The position numbers and the translations under genes are program-made. From Octopus vulgaris (lineage: Eukaryota), in NCBI GenBank assembly GCA_951406725.2, contig OX597824.1:62620001-62684000 (forward strand): DNA of 64,000 nucleotides. Reading direction: 5' to 3'. The notes beneath the pieces are model-generated. The model searched no databases. It was not told the DNA's origin and was given only the letters and a program-made list of their open reading frames with translations. The first letter of the stretch is position 1, and each line of letters opens with the position of its first letter. This document shows, one piece after another, positions 1 through 13,385 of this stretch.

Positions 1-299
1 GATACTTGTATCATATAAAGTAAATGCATTCACTGCATTATAAAGTGTAACAAGTCCATTTAAAATCGATGTTATATAATTTCTTTTGGAGTTATTTTGT
101 TTTCTTTCTTTAAATTTTCAAATTTCAAGAGATCATTAGGCTTCCAGTTTATGAACTTTGTTTACTTTTCAAAATTACTGTAAGCTATTATATACTTTCC
201 CCTGGAATCATCTTTTCCCTCCGGTCATATTTTCTACCATATCTTGCTATGTAATTCATGCATTAAAAATGTCCACTTGTTGAATTTTCTCCAGTTTCT

Positions 300-640
300 A
301 TTTCAGCTTCAATGGCCTACTAGAAAAGGACTCCAATGCTACGTTGGCTGGCCATTTAGAGAAATGCTAATTTAAAGATTGTAAATATCAACAAGAAAAT
401 GCTGGAGCACTTATCATCCCCGACAACCCATTATATCTGTTAACATCTGTCTGCTACATGCAATTATATTTTATTATCATTCTCACCATATTCGTGTTCA
501 AGAACACATCCTAAATAACAACTCTATATTTGGGAAGACGTAATTCACAACAGTTATGTCCTAGCATTTATTTCATGCCACAATCAGCCTGCTATGTAAG
601 ATAAACTTTTAAGTCATTTAGGCTATCACTAATATTATTA
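300..640 (+). mobile_element. Possible highly decayed Penelope-like (GIY-YIG) remnant
   Basis: Fragments translate to NPLYLLTSVCYMQLY and HIRVQEHILNNNSIF (from ~487), resembling PLE endonuclease motifs (NVVY.I.C..C...Y and RV.EH). Frameshifted and weak. Confidence 0.3.
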
Positions 641-1204
641 TCACACTTATTCCATATTGTCATGCTTTCTAACTGTTGCTAAATAACACACTTCATTTAC
701 AACGGCAATACAAAAGAATTTCTCTCCTTCATTGGTATAGACTTAATAGTGTAGCTGCTGCCTGATATATTTATGGAACTACCAACTCTACTATAATAGC
801 CAAAAAATATCATCACATCTACAATCCCCACCAAAACCATAGATATTCCCACAATGATTAGGAAAATGATCTCCTGCAGAGTCACCAGAAATAGTTCTTG
901 TCATTATTCTTAGAAGGACAAGAAGTCGAATATCATCAAAAGTATATACAATAAAATCACTAAGTTGTATGTGACAAGGAATAAATTTACGTTCGTTAGC
1001 TGTCTTTTTGTTTGCACAGAATCGTCACCTTGTGAAACGCTTTCATTTAATTCCATTAGCCGAAAAGCGAAGATAAATCATTGCAGAACCTTACTAAACT
1101 ATCTTGTCTGCCAACAAAATGTACTTCTGTTTTCCTAAGTGAAGTATATTTGACGATTTAAATATATAAAAAAACAATAAAACTTTCAAATTGTGGCTGA
1201 AGAC

Positions 1205-1420
1205 TCAAAAGTTTGGTGCAAATTTTTGTACAGAAATTCCAGGGAAGGAGTGTGTCGATTAAATCGACCCCAGTGCGCAACTGATAGTTATTTTAACGAT
1301 CCTGAAAGAATGAACGGCAAATTCGACATCAGCGCATTTGAACTCAGAACGTAAGGACGGATGGAATACGGCAAAGCAATTTTTCAGTCGTGCTAGTGAT
1401 TCTGGTGGTACGCGGCCTTA
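1205..1420 (-). mobile_element. tRNA-derived SINE, family B
   Basis: Reverse complement of the element starting ggcggcgagctg...gttctgagttcaaat at 54361; B-box-like GAGTTCAAAT; many copies in window. Confidence 0.8.
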
Positions 1421-1429
1421 ATGTTGGTT

Positions 1430-1640
1430 CGAAATTTTGGCACAAGCTCAGCAGTTTCGGAGGCACGATTAAGTCGATGACATTGACCCCAGTGTTCAAC
1501 TGGTAATTAGTTTATCGATCCCATAAGGATAAAATTCAAAGTCGACCTGGGACGAATTTGGACTCAGAACATCAAGTCGGACGAAATGCCACAAACCACT
1601 TTGACCGGTGTACTAACGATTTTACCTGCTCAACACCTTA
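1430..1640 (-). mobile_element. SINE family B, second tandem copy
   Basis: Colinear with 1205-1420 (gtcga..gaccccagtg..caactg, actcagaac). Confidence 0.8.
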
Positions 1641-1696
1641 ATATTAGCAATATACATACATACGTACACACACACACCTAAATAAATATATATACA

Positions 1697-1701
1697 TATG
1701 T

Positions 1702-1776
<75 letters not shown>

Positions 1777-1780
1777 TGTG
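1697..1780. repeat. (TG)n microsatellite
   Basis: Direct observation. Confidence 0.95.
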
Positions 1781-1784
1781 TATA

Positions 1785-2905
1785 CAGGGTGGGATCATTG
1801 CTGCACTTTTTGTTAACTCTGTTTAATCTTTGTTTCAGAAAATGATAATGGTATACCCTCAGCTTACTCAAGAAATGAAGAAGTATACTGTTATTGTGGC
1901 TATAAATGTTGAGCATTGTGATTTAGAAATATCTCGATTTTTAACTGTTGCCAGATCTTTCGTCTACAATGTTTGTAAAGAGTAGGAGACTACAGATGGA
2001 AATGCATCACCAGTATCACAGTATAAAATTGCAAAAGATCTCCATGTGTCAGAAAGAACAGTCAGAAATATTGTCCACGAAGACACAAGATATAAGTCTT
2101 ATATGATGAGGAAATGTTAATTTGTCAGAAAAAGGAAAAGAAAATCACATCAGATCAAAAAGGCTCTTAAACAAACTCTAAAATCCAGCAGAAGATTTGA
2201 TTTGGTTTTTCTCAAACGGGAACATCTTCGACCAAGTTGAAAATATTAACAGAAGAAATGACAGATGGTTATGTGCAAACCCTTTTGAAGATCCAAGTGT
2301 TAGGCATGCAAAATGTCCTGAAACTATCATGGTTTTAGGGGTTGTCAGCAATGAAGGACATGTGATGCCTCCTTACGTCTTTCCACAAGGCCTCAGATTT
2401 AACGCTGCCGCCTACATTAAGGTCCTGGAAATAATTGTTAAGCCCTGGATAGACAATGTGTGCAATGGAGGGCCATATTTGTTTCAGTAAGACTCTGCAC
2501 TATCACAGATGGGCCTAGTAACACAGGAATAGACGGGCAAAAAAGTTTCGTGATCTCATAACCCCTAATATTTGACCTTCTAATTCCTCAGATCTTAATC
2601 CAGTGGACCATTAAATGTGGAGTGTTGTTGAGAGATAGGTCGATGAACACACCCATACCACCAAAGATTCATTCTAAACTGCCATAGTCAGAGTAATATC
2701 CAAAAGGAAGTAGCTCTACTTGATTAGAGGGTGTAGATGATTTAGATCTCATATAGAAGCAGTTGTTGAAGCTGAAAGTGGTTTTAGTGAATAACAGTAA
2801 AGAAAAGAATGTTTATTTTTATCCTCATAGCATTTTTTGAGAAAGTTATGTTATTTCATATCTTTTTTATTAACATATCTGTCCTCAAATATCTTACGCA
2901 CCCTG
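1785..2905 (+). mobile_element. Tc1/mariner-superfamily DD37D (maT-type) DNA transposon with decayed transposase
   Basis: TA|CAGGGTG ... CACCCTG|TA ends. Translation includes WFFSNG, IMVLGVVSNEG, YLFQ*DSA and *PSNSSDLNPVD, with 37 residues between the 2nd and 3rd catalytic D after removing one frameshift. Several stop codons. Confidence 0.88.
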
Positions 2906-3139
2906 TATGTGTGTGTGTGTGAAATAAAAACTGTTCTAGTATAATAAATATTATTAAATGCGGGGTACTAAATTATATTCGTTGTGCATTTTCCAGTGGC
3001 TTCAATGGCGTTACGGAATGTATATCTCTGTCACCTTTGAAACATGGACAGGAAATATTTCTCACCATTAATACCACTTGGGAGTTTCACCATTTTTCTG
3101 GCTTTTCAATATCACATACCCACCTGGGATAAAAGCGAA

Positions 3140-3204
3140 TTACCCAGCCAGTCCAGCGACGATATGCTCATGGCCTGCAAAATCATGAGTTGGATATTGC
3201 ATAC
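3140..3204 (-). CDS. Candidate terminal coding exon of an unidentified gene
   Basis: Acceptor ttttctcttag at 3205, phase 1, reading (G)MQYPTHDFAGHEHIVAGLAG*. Phase-compatible with candidate exon 3571-3690. No recognised homology. Confidence 0.22.
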
Positions 3205-3297
3205 CTAAGAGAAAATTTACATATAAAAGCAAATCTAGTATATATAAATATTATTAGATATATATGCTAGTGTATAACATATGAGTGGCAAAAATTA

Positions 3298-3533
3298 AGA
3301 GATGTTAATTCATTTGGGCCGTTTCAAGTACATCATTGCAAAAAACTGTTTTCTTCAGATGATTGCATATATTTCACATACAAAGGAAAAACCAACTGCT
3401 TTAACATATTCGTATCACCAACGGAGCTCAAATATTTACAATGATAATGCTGTTGTATCTTTTGCTGTATTGTAATGTTTTCGTTAATCAATTAAAGTAG
3501 TCGCTTGAAACGGCCATAATGAATTGACAACTG
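3298..3533. mobile_element. ~235-bp MITE (Tc1/pogo-like)
   Basis: Imperfect ~29-bp inverted termini gatgttaattcatttgggccgtttcaagt / gcttgaaacggccataatgaattgacaac; right end ...ACTG|TA. Confidence 0.6.
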
Positions 3534-3570
3534 TACATATTTGTTACTCATTTATATTTAATTCACCTAC

Positions 3571-3690
3571 CCTGGATTCTGCGTATCGGAAATTTTATAG
3601 AAAGTATTTTTGTATTTTTTATATGGAGCACATGTCTGAACAACCAAGAGCGGATCTCATCACTAAGTTGGGTGGTATTATCTGCATACA
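3571..3690 (-). CDS. Candidate 120-nt phase 1-1 internal exon
   Basis: Acceptor cttgcag, donor G|GTAGGT, open frame YADNTTQLSDEIRSWLFRHVLHIKNTKILSIKFPIRRIQ. No recognised homology. Confidence 0.22.
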
Positions 3691-3987
3691 CTGCAAGCAT
3701 ATTAAATGAGAACACTTCTACACAGAGTCCGATATTCACCTGATATTGTTTGATGTGCAAATTAGATCGACCTCACATAATGCTTCAATTTAACTACCTA
3801 TTTCAACCGAATCTTAATTATATACTAATGTGTGTATATATATATATATATATATAAATATGATTATATATGTATGTATATGAAAATATCTATTAATGTA
3901 TTGTACATGACTGCATATGCTCATGTCAGTGATTGTGCGTATGTATGTGTATGAATCTGCATGCCTATACATGTGTATACATAGTTA

Positions 3988-4037
<50 letters not shown>

Positions 4038-5048
4038 AACACACACGGAAGGATACACACACACAATAACACACACATATATATACGTGCATTCATATGA
4101 TATTGTCCATGTCATTTCTATTTACTTTTCTTTTGTTTGTTTTTTAACAGAATGACTATGATAATATATTTTAAATTTGACTATTCAGTGGGGCAGTCAA
4201 ATAGAATATCGAGCAGCTTGTACTTTTTAAAATTTTCTCATGTATTGTAGGTCAAAGGTTTGTTCTGCAAGATGAGCAAATCTAATTTTAACAGAATTAA
4301 TATTTGAATAACACATCCTACTCTTAAGACAATACTACTAAATATTGTCTTGCGAACTTATTCAACCTCTCTCGAAATAACAGTCAACACTTTATTGTGG
4401 AAACAAGTAACAAAGGAACTATTTTGCACCGAGAATAGAAGTCATTGTATACAGCTGATAATATTAAAATTTCTTTTGGTCATGTTTTGTGAACCAAAAG
4501 TATCTGGTAAATAGGATTGGTTCAGAATTAAAAGTATTCTTAGTAATTATGGTTTCCAATTGATTTTTTTCCTTTTTCTATTTTTTTTTTTGTTTTCTAT
4601 TTGCTGATAAATTTATTATTAGGCTTCGTTGTAGTAAATACAATGAAGAAAAAGAAATGGAAATCTACTGTGGTTAAAGAAAAATGCATAAGAAAAACAA
4701 TTAAAAGGGAATTAATACTTCACAGAATTATGCGGCAGACGTTGTTGCATCATCGTTAACTTTGACAAAAGTTATCTTATTCGAAACTCATATTCTGAGT
4801 TGGAAATCAACAACGTTAGAATCTGCAATTACTTATTCCACATCAAAACAAATACACCACTTTTTTTACATGTATATACATATGCGTGTGTCTGTGTATG
4901 TGTGTGTGTTTGTGTGTATGTGTGCCGGTATATATAAATATACATACACACACACTCTCAGACATATATACGTATATGTACATGTATAAATGTATATATA
5001 TATATATATGTGTGTGTGTGCGCGGTGTGTGTGTGTGTGTGTGTGCGC

Positions 5049-5087
<39 letters not shown>

Positions 5088-5799
5088 AATTCCTAGACAA
5101 TGCATTTTATCTTTATAGCAAAAGAGCAACATATCAATTATCTAAACTGACCGATATTATATTCTATGATTTTTTAAAATAATTACTTCTTATCGATATT
5201 TCATTTGTACGCACTGATACTTCAAATGACTGCCAAACTCAAGTAATTCGATTGTCATTCACATGGTGGGGGAGTACTCTAAATCTTATAAATATTTGTT
5301 CTTTCTTTACTGGTTTGACAATGGTTTTACTCTTGCCAGTTGAATTGTTTTACAATAAATTCCAATTGTTTTCTTGGACTCGGTCGCTTTCTAGCATATT
5401 ATTTTTTAATCATTCTTCTGTAACATATCCCTATGTCTAAGTATCAATTAATAGTAGTGACGACTTTATTCATTTAGAATGTACATATTATACATGAACC
5501 ATCAATAACATTAAAAAATGGTTACTAGTGATTATCATTTTTATGAAAGTGACTTAGTTACTAAATAACTCAAACAAACTAATTCAGCTTATTTAGAAAC
5601 AATATATTTTGGAGGCCGTATATTCCAGCCGGGAAATATATGACAACCATGCCTTTCCGAAATTCAAAGGCTAACTACTTGGGTATGTTTCTTTAGTTTT
5701 GAAACTATGACATTGTTTATACTACTGTAAGTCTTCGCCCTTGACTCGAAGCATTTTATGGACATCGCAAAACAAACTAGAGTCGTACGTTTTGTTTAC

Positions 5800-6004
5800 G
5801 TTTTATAATTTACCTGTTTCAGTTTTGGAGATGCTGGGCCAAGAGCATGAAGGACTGTTTTTAGCAAAACAAATCGAATCCAGTACTTATGCGCTTAGTA
5901 ATTATCCAATCCGCCGCTTTTAAAAAACCGCTAAGTTAAGGGACGTAAATGAACTAATATCAGTTTCAAGCAGGTGAGAACAAAAGCAAACACATTTAAT
6001 CCCC

Positions 6005-6054
<50 letters not shown>

Positions 6055-6218
6055 AAACACGACGGGCTCCTTTCAGTTTCCGTCTACCAAAGTTACTCAT
6101 GAAATTTTAATTGATGCTATAGTAGAAGACATTTACTCATAGTACTACGCAGTGGGACTACACCCGAAGCTATGTGGTCGGGTAACAAATTTTTACTACT
6201 CAACCACGCTTGCGCCTT
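5800..6218 (-). mobile_element. tRNA-derived SINE, family A
   Basis: Reverse complement of the family typified at 35815-36225; internal (TA)n. Confidence 0.8.
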
Positions 6219-6239
6219 TAAAATAGTTATAATGATGAC

Positions 6240-6395
6240 ATGGCACAGGGTCAGCAATTTTAGGGAGGAAGTAGTAGATCATACCAACCCCAGTTTCGAA
6301 CCGAAAGGATGAAGGGCCACAATGTAAAGCGCCGGAAGAAATGTCACCATGCATTTTATCTGGTGTGCTAACAATTCTACCAGCTCACCATCTTT
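6240..6395 (-). mobile_element. SINE family B (internally deleted)
   Basis: tgctaacaattctaccagctcacc is the reverse complement of the family B head. Confidence 0.6.
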
Positions 6396-6779
6396 TTAAA
6401 AGCTAAATCATCCGTTCAACGTGAAGACACGAAACCATGATCCCAAGATTTAATACCTCATGCTGTATCAACTGACGTAGCCGGACTGAACACCTGACTC
6501 TGCTGTTTGTTATTATTTTTCGGTGATTAAAGCCTGTGTATGTTTACCATAATAGCTTTGATCATTAAGGAATACCTTATTGCCAGTTCTAACATGAAGA
6601 ATTTCATAAGAAATGCTAGTATATTTCATTTGATTAGAAAGACCCGTATCACTGCGTACGCATAACCGAAAAATAACGTTTTTCTACTCGAACTATAAAT
6701 AATTAGACATCACGTTTGAAAGCTATGTGAAAATATCACTAACCCGAAGTTATATCGAGCAATGTTCAAAACAGGTCTA

Positions 6780-6938
6780 CAGGCGTGGCTGTGTGGTAAA
6801 ACGCTTGCTTCCCAACCACGTGGTCCCGGATCCAGTCCCACTGCGTGGCAACTTGGCCAAGTCTTTTCTACTATAGCCTCTGGCCCACCAATGCATTGTG
6901 AGAGAATTTTGTAGATGAAAACTCTAAGAAGCACGTCG

Positions 6939-6972
<34 letters not shown>

Positions 6973-7225
6973 TGTATGTATGTATGTATGTATGTATGTA
7001 TGTATGTATGTATGTATGTATGTATGTTTGTATGCATGTATTGACAACCGATACAGGTGTGTTTATGTCTCCGTAACCGAGCGGTTTGGCTTAAGAGACC
7101 CATACAATAAGCACTAGGTTTCTAAAGAATAAGTCCTGGGATAGATTTCGACAAAAAACCGTTTAAGGTGGTGCTCCAGCATGGCCACAGTGAAATGACT
7201 GAACCTAGTAAACGAATAAATGAAT
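6780..7225 (+). mobile_element. SINE family A
   Basis: ggcgtggctgtgtggtaa head, internal (TGTA)n, ggtgctccagcatggccacagt tail. Confidence 0.85.
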
Positions 7226-7249
7226 GATATTAGTATAATAGCTAAGGCT

Positions 7250-7420
7250 TAATCGTTAGCATGCTAGCGAAAAGGATTAGATGTATATCTTCCGTCCTCT
7301 AGTGCTGAGCTCAAATTCCCCTGCGATCAACTTTACAATTCATCCTGTCGACCTCGATAAAATGTAATTGATTGACCACTTGTACGGAATTGCTGGCCTG
7401 TACCAAACTTTGATACCAAT
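7250..7420 (+). mobile_element. SINE family B (decayed)
   Basis: aatcgttagca...ctgagctcaaattcc...tcaacttt. Confidence 0.6.
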
Positions 7421-8382
7421 ATTGGGAAATAATGTGACAGTGGAGGTGGAGTCTAAGACTTATTGAATAAGTTCGGAAGGTTTTTTTTTCCGCAAAAAGG
7501 ACTGATTCTACCATGATACATCTCAGCTAATATGCAATCCGATAGATAAGTCATGTCCAGCTCGAAATATGAAGTAATACAAAAGTATTTTATAAAATAT
7601 CTTTATGATACAATTATATGTACTCATGCTTACATAAGCAGATACATACATACATACATACACGCGGACAGACACACACATCAATACATACACACATACA
7701 TACATACATGTGTGTGTGCGCGTGCGCACATTATATGATTTAAGGAGTCCAAATTTTGTAGTGCGGAAACCTATTGTAACGTTTGTTTTCAAATCGTTCT
7801 TTTCCATTTGTTCCTAGCGATATTGTATTTCCCTTGATTTCAGTTTGGCTATAATACCACAATGTATGTCTGTTCTTTCATTCTTCATTAGTTTTTGCTA
7901 CATTTCTCTTCACGTAGTATGGAATTATTTTACCATTTCCAAAAAGCCGCTCCCTACATGCGCGTTATGCCTTTGAAAACACAATATCGCTAAAATGCTT
8001 ATATAAGAATTATGAATCACGAAGAAATATGCATATATTTATGTTAGTATTTACTTATTTATTTAAAGTTACACAAAAATATAAACGCAACGTTTGGTAA
8101 AATCAGTTATACTCTTACATTCATACATACATGAACACATACACACGCACAAACACATCGAAACATAAAAAAATATAAATTTTGTTTTTCACGTAATTGT
8201 TGATGTTCAAGAAAGGAAAATAGGATTGGTGTTTTAGATTTTGCCTGTTCATAAGTTTTTTGGATAAGAGTGAAAAATAAGCATAAAACACATATGCGTG
8301 CAATCAGCAAGAGGAAATATATTTACCACATGTTATTTTCAGCTACATGTTGCATTCCATTTCCCAAACAATACGAATGAAA

Positions 8383-8797
<415 letters not shown>

Positions 8798-9125
8798 ATA
8801 TTCTGCTCAATACCACAGATTTTGTCGTCAGTTATTTGACCTTAACCAGTTGAGCATGTCCCCTAGTGGCTGTCGATATGTGCATCTCTGACCACGAGCA
8901 GAAGTAGTAGGGGAGCATCATGCAGTGTGTTGAAAGGAATTCTTAGAGGTTTGGATTATTCACCTTTGGAAGCATTGGTGGTTCGTTCAGCATCCTTAAT
9001 CCTTATTCGGGAACTTTAGAGCAGGATGTGCTGCTCAACCAGAAGAGAATTCTAACTGGGCCCTACCTGCAAGGTCATGCGCCTTTTATCTTGATATGAG
9101 ATCACCATGTCGTGCACATATAGTT
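8798..9125 (+). mobile_element. Element X (TAA-associated non-coding repeat), partial copy
   Basis: Colinear with 37117-37666 and 39738-40189 (atattctgctcaataccacagattt...ctgcaaggtcatg). Confidence 0.85.
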
Positions 9126-12060
9126 TGAGAATACATAGACAGTATTTTACGTAGGATATGGGCAGTTCCCATAAGCACTATCTTTTGAATTCTTACAATT
9201 TTGAGGTTTCCTGTATCTGAGCTAAGTAAGAATTAGCCCCATTTGCTATCATTCCCAGGGCATGTATGAGAACTGGAATTGTTTTACGTCTTGTGGTTCC
9301 ACATTTTGCCAATTTCTATTTCAAGGTCTATAAACTTGCTCCGTTTTTGGTAGGTCTTGACAGATACATTTATGTCTATTGGGACAGTCCTATCAATGAG
9401 GAGGCATGATTTTTGTCTCATGTATTTCAATATAATGTCTGACCAATTCGCATCTATTTTTCTGTTAGTTTGAACGGTGAAGTTCCAGAGGAGTGACGAG
9501 GAGTGAGATATGATTGTTTTCAAGCTCTGGAGGTGTTTTGTGTTCCCACAGCAGGTTCTGCCTTTACGTCTTGTGACTCATTCATGTAAAAACGATGATT
9601 TTTTTTTTATCAAACATTTTATAGCCATATCGTACATCATCTAACAATTTCGTGAGAGGTATTAAGGACAGACAAAAGAGGAGTGGAACATACTGTACTG
9701 CTCTATCAAGCCTATTGAGACACACCGTAGTTGCAAGAAGACTGTACATGGAAACAACAAGGTTTCATTTTGTTGTTTACATACACGATATGTTAGGCTA
9801 CTGCGCTTCTTAATATATTGGCCTGGTAGTTCCTTGTAGGCAGGCATTGATCATGGGCTGTTATGAAAAACTCTTCTGTTTCTGACTTTAAGCCAGAGAA
9901 CATTAACAATTGATGGGTAAGTGCTTTGTTAACAACGGTATTATTAGCTCTCTTTAGGTATTTTCCATTGAGAGGTTCTTCTTGCCATTTATCTGTAAGA
10001 ATATTTAAGGCAGCAGATTTACCACCGGATTTCTTACCCTTAACTTTTTCTGTGATTGTTTCTAGTACGTCTAATTCTGAGATGTGTTGTATTTGGAAGT
10101 CACTTAGATATTCCATTTCCTGTTTTTTACTGAGTATGATGCTTTCTTGTTTTTATGCTTTAAAGAAAGGTTTAACATCCAGTCATCATAGTCTTTCATG
10201 TAGGTGTTGAGACCAACTGTGGCAATTTTCATTGTTAGTTCTAATTGTAAAACAAACCACGGTCATCCTTTTTTTCATGGCAGGTAAAGTCGTTTTATAT
10301 CAGCCTTAATGTACTGCATTCTATGCATTGTCACCAATTTTCGGATTTTTCTGTCACGATTACATATTTCAGTAATTGATCAGTAAATGATATAGAAACT
10401 GTAAGCCACCACCGGTTTGGTTAAAGTATTGATCGCTTCCATCCTGTTTCTTGCATTCAGCTCTGTCTTGAGTATTGCCCTTGCCCAGCGACAACATTCT
10501 CTTGTGATCCTTTCCCTCATCACCGAATGTTTGATTCCTTCCTCTTCAAATACCCCTAGGTATTTGTAGCTCTCCACTGGTTCTAATTCATTTATGACAT
10601 TCTGCTGCTCAAGGTTAACATTAGATGTTTCTCCGACTTTTCCTTTAATAAAGGTGGTTTTTGCATATTTATCGAGGCCAAATTGCATCCTGAGGTTATT
10701 AATGAATTATTTAACAATTACTAGTAAGCCCTGTAGCTTAACTTATTCATGTAAAAACGATGATTTATATTTTATCAAACATTTTATAGCCATATTGTAC
10801 ATCATCTAGCAATTTCGTGAGAGGTATTAAGGACAGACAAAAGAGAAGTGGTACCTGAGAAAATCTCCAGCATTAAGAGATTCATTGTCACTGTTCAAAG
10901 TTAGTGTGCTTCTCTATGATCTCATAATTATAGACAAGAAATTGCGCAGAGAAGGTGCTATTTCATACATTTCCTGACATTTCTTAATCCACCTACGTGG
11001 TCGACTATAAAACGTTTTTTTTTATAGTCTACCCAGGTTATCGACAAGTTTTCGTGTCGTTTGTGACAATTTTCCAAGATCATCTTCTTGATGAGTAGTT
11101 GATCTTTATATCCACAGGACCTACGCTTACATAATATTGCTCATTAGAGAATATGCCACTTTCTCTTAAAAATTATAGATGTATTCAGTTTGATAGTATT
11201 TTATACGTTGTTGTTAAATAGGTTATGGCTCTATAATTTTTTTGGTTCATTTGTTTCATCATTTTTGGAAGTAGAAATATTACACCATTAACTAGCCAAA
11301 AGGTAACCACACTGGGTTGATGCAAAACATTGTTGTAAAGTTTTGTTAGCAGTTCATGTCTCTCTTGGAAGGCATTCAGCCAGAAGTTAGGCTTTTATCC
11401 TTTTCTGGAGTCTTCCATTTGCTTGACTTCCCGAGAGCAGATCTTACATCCTCTACCTTGATACAGACCAACTTTTGCTCTTTTAAAGAATCTAAGTTAG
11501 TAGGTATTCTATCTATCCAAGATAGATTGTGTGGTTTGTTTTTTGCCCAAATTTGTTTTTTGCCCAAATTTTATTCCAAAATTCCTGCACTCTTTTTGAT
11601 GTGTCAGACTTTACAGGAATTGCTATTTTCCCTATCTTCCTGTAAAACTGTTGCTGTCGTGAAGAATCTAACGCGTCTCTCATACCTTGCTATGCGGGCA
11701 GCTACAACACATACCTTTTGCTTGATGGTTTCTATGGTGGTATCGATGTCAAATATGGTTTTTATATTGTATAGTTTTTGTTTAATTTTCGCATTTTTTC
11801 GGTTTGATTGTCTTGTCAAACTTAATGTTTTTAAGCATTCTACATTAGATCTAAGTAGCTGAATTTGGTGTTGAATACGCTATTGCAAGGTAGGATTTTT
11901 GTGGGAATGTTGTCGTTTGCCAATTTTTCTCCGCATAGAATCGTTGGGCTTTTCGCGGATGCGTAGTACAGTGCTTGAGATCTGTAACATCAGCATCAGT
12001 AGCTGAAATTATATCTGTAATATCAACATCATTAGCTGAAATTATATCCTAAAATAATAG
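9126..12060 (-). mobile_element. R4/Dong-clade RLE non-LTR retrotransposon, decayed RT + zinc knuckle + endonuclease
   Basis: RT motifs (WKTPEKD, MQFGLDKYAK, SYKYLGVFE), SGLKSETE, RVCKQQNET, LLWNFTVQTNRKIDANWSDII..LLID, C-terminal GTAHILRK; many stops and frameshifts. Confidence 0.9.
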
Positions 12061-12164
12061 TTTCAGAAGTTGGCGCCGAGCTTATAATTTTGAAACGAAG
12101 ATTTAAGATGATTACTCGGTCTAATGCCGTATCAGGCAATTGCTTTCATGACTTTTGTTCATGA

Positions 12165-13385
12165 ATGATTGAAAGTGTTACGTAAAAACAGTTAATTTAT
12201 CGGCGATAGTATCACTTGGGTATCGAGCTGGAATCGTATAATGGCAAACGAATCAAAAGAAAGAAAGAACTGATGAACAGGATACAAAGACAAGAAACAT
12301 ATTGACAGCACACGGAGCCTTCCAGCCTAAGAGGGACATCGGTAGGCTGTACTTGTCCAGAAGAAAAGGTTGGAGAGGTTTGATCAGTTTCAGGGGTCGT
12401 ATCAAAGCAGAGGAAAACAGTTTAGTGTGACATATAAAAATGCCGTGGAACCGTTGTTGAAACATGTGAAGAAGTCCGACGTCATCAAAATTGATAATTG
12501 TGTAAAAATAGAAATACTTGAAGAGGCAAAGAACACAAAAACAGAAGTAACATTAAAGGAGAAAAATGTACAGCCAGTTTGCAAGAGATACCAACACCAA
12601 GACCGATACAGAAGCCCGGTGGCTATGGATGAGGAGGAGTGACCTGAAGATAGTGACAGAAGCACTTAAATATGCAGCACGACATCAAGTATTAAGGGTG
12701 ATTTTATGTGAAGTGCAAAATCGAGAACACAACCGAGAGCGACAAATGCAGAATGTATGGTGAGAGGAGTGAAACGGTAAGGCACATCGTTAGCGAATGC
12801 CCGAAGTTGGAACAAAGCAATTACAAAAGACGACATGAGAATGTGGCAAGAATAATCCATTAGAATCTCTGTGGTTATCACTGCCTACAAAGAGTAAAGA
12901 CGTGGTGTGTGCAAACCCCAGAAGGAGCCACTAAGAATTAAAATTGTAAAATCTTGTCGGATGCGAGACATTACTAGACATCGAATGCCGGACATAGTTG
13001 TAGCGAATAAAGAAACAACTTGCTTGATAATCGACATAGCATGTCCCGTTGTCAACAGGATCAAAGAGGAAGAAGAAAAACAGGACAACTACAACGAATC
13101 GAAGTGCGACATACGCAGATTTTGTTCAATAAGAAGAGTAGACGCAATACCAATATTAATTGACGCGCTTGGAAATATCAGCTCTCAATTACTGACATAA
13201 CTCAAAAAGATTGGTACAAATGTAAAAATAGAACACCTATAAAAAATCCTTTCTTGGAACTGTAAGAATTCTTCGCAGGGTTCTTGAAGCATGACTAGTA
13301 AACACGTATCATCTTTGTCTGCTGGCAGTAGACAGCTGAGACTTTCCATCATACCCAACAAAAGGAGACGGGAAATTTCATCAAA
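12165..13385 (+). mobile_element. RLE non-LTR retrotransposon (R4-like, second family), 5'-truncated
   Basis: RLYLSRRKGWRGL, CRMYGERSETVRHIVSEC knuckle, RMPDIVV..LIIDIACP endonuclease motif; ends at an aataatagtaatgataataat tail. Confidence 0.88.

Noticed and set aside
697-885. 62-aa ORF with a hydrophobic TM-like stretch
   Set aside because: GTG start, in-frame stop at 901-903 just upstream, no splice acceptor or recognisable family.
3301-3365. CTGAAGA...GAAAC hammerhead-like pattern on the minus strand
   Set aside because: No UH site and poor stem II; the GAAACGGCC is explained by the MITE inverted repeat.
11356-11862. 168-aa plus-strand ORF
   Set aside because: Antisense shadow of the minus-strand R4/Dong RT region.
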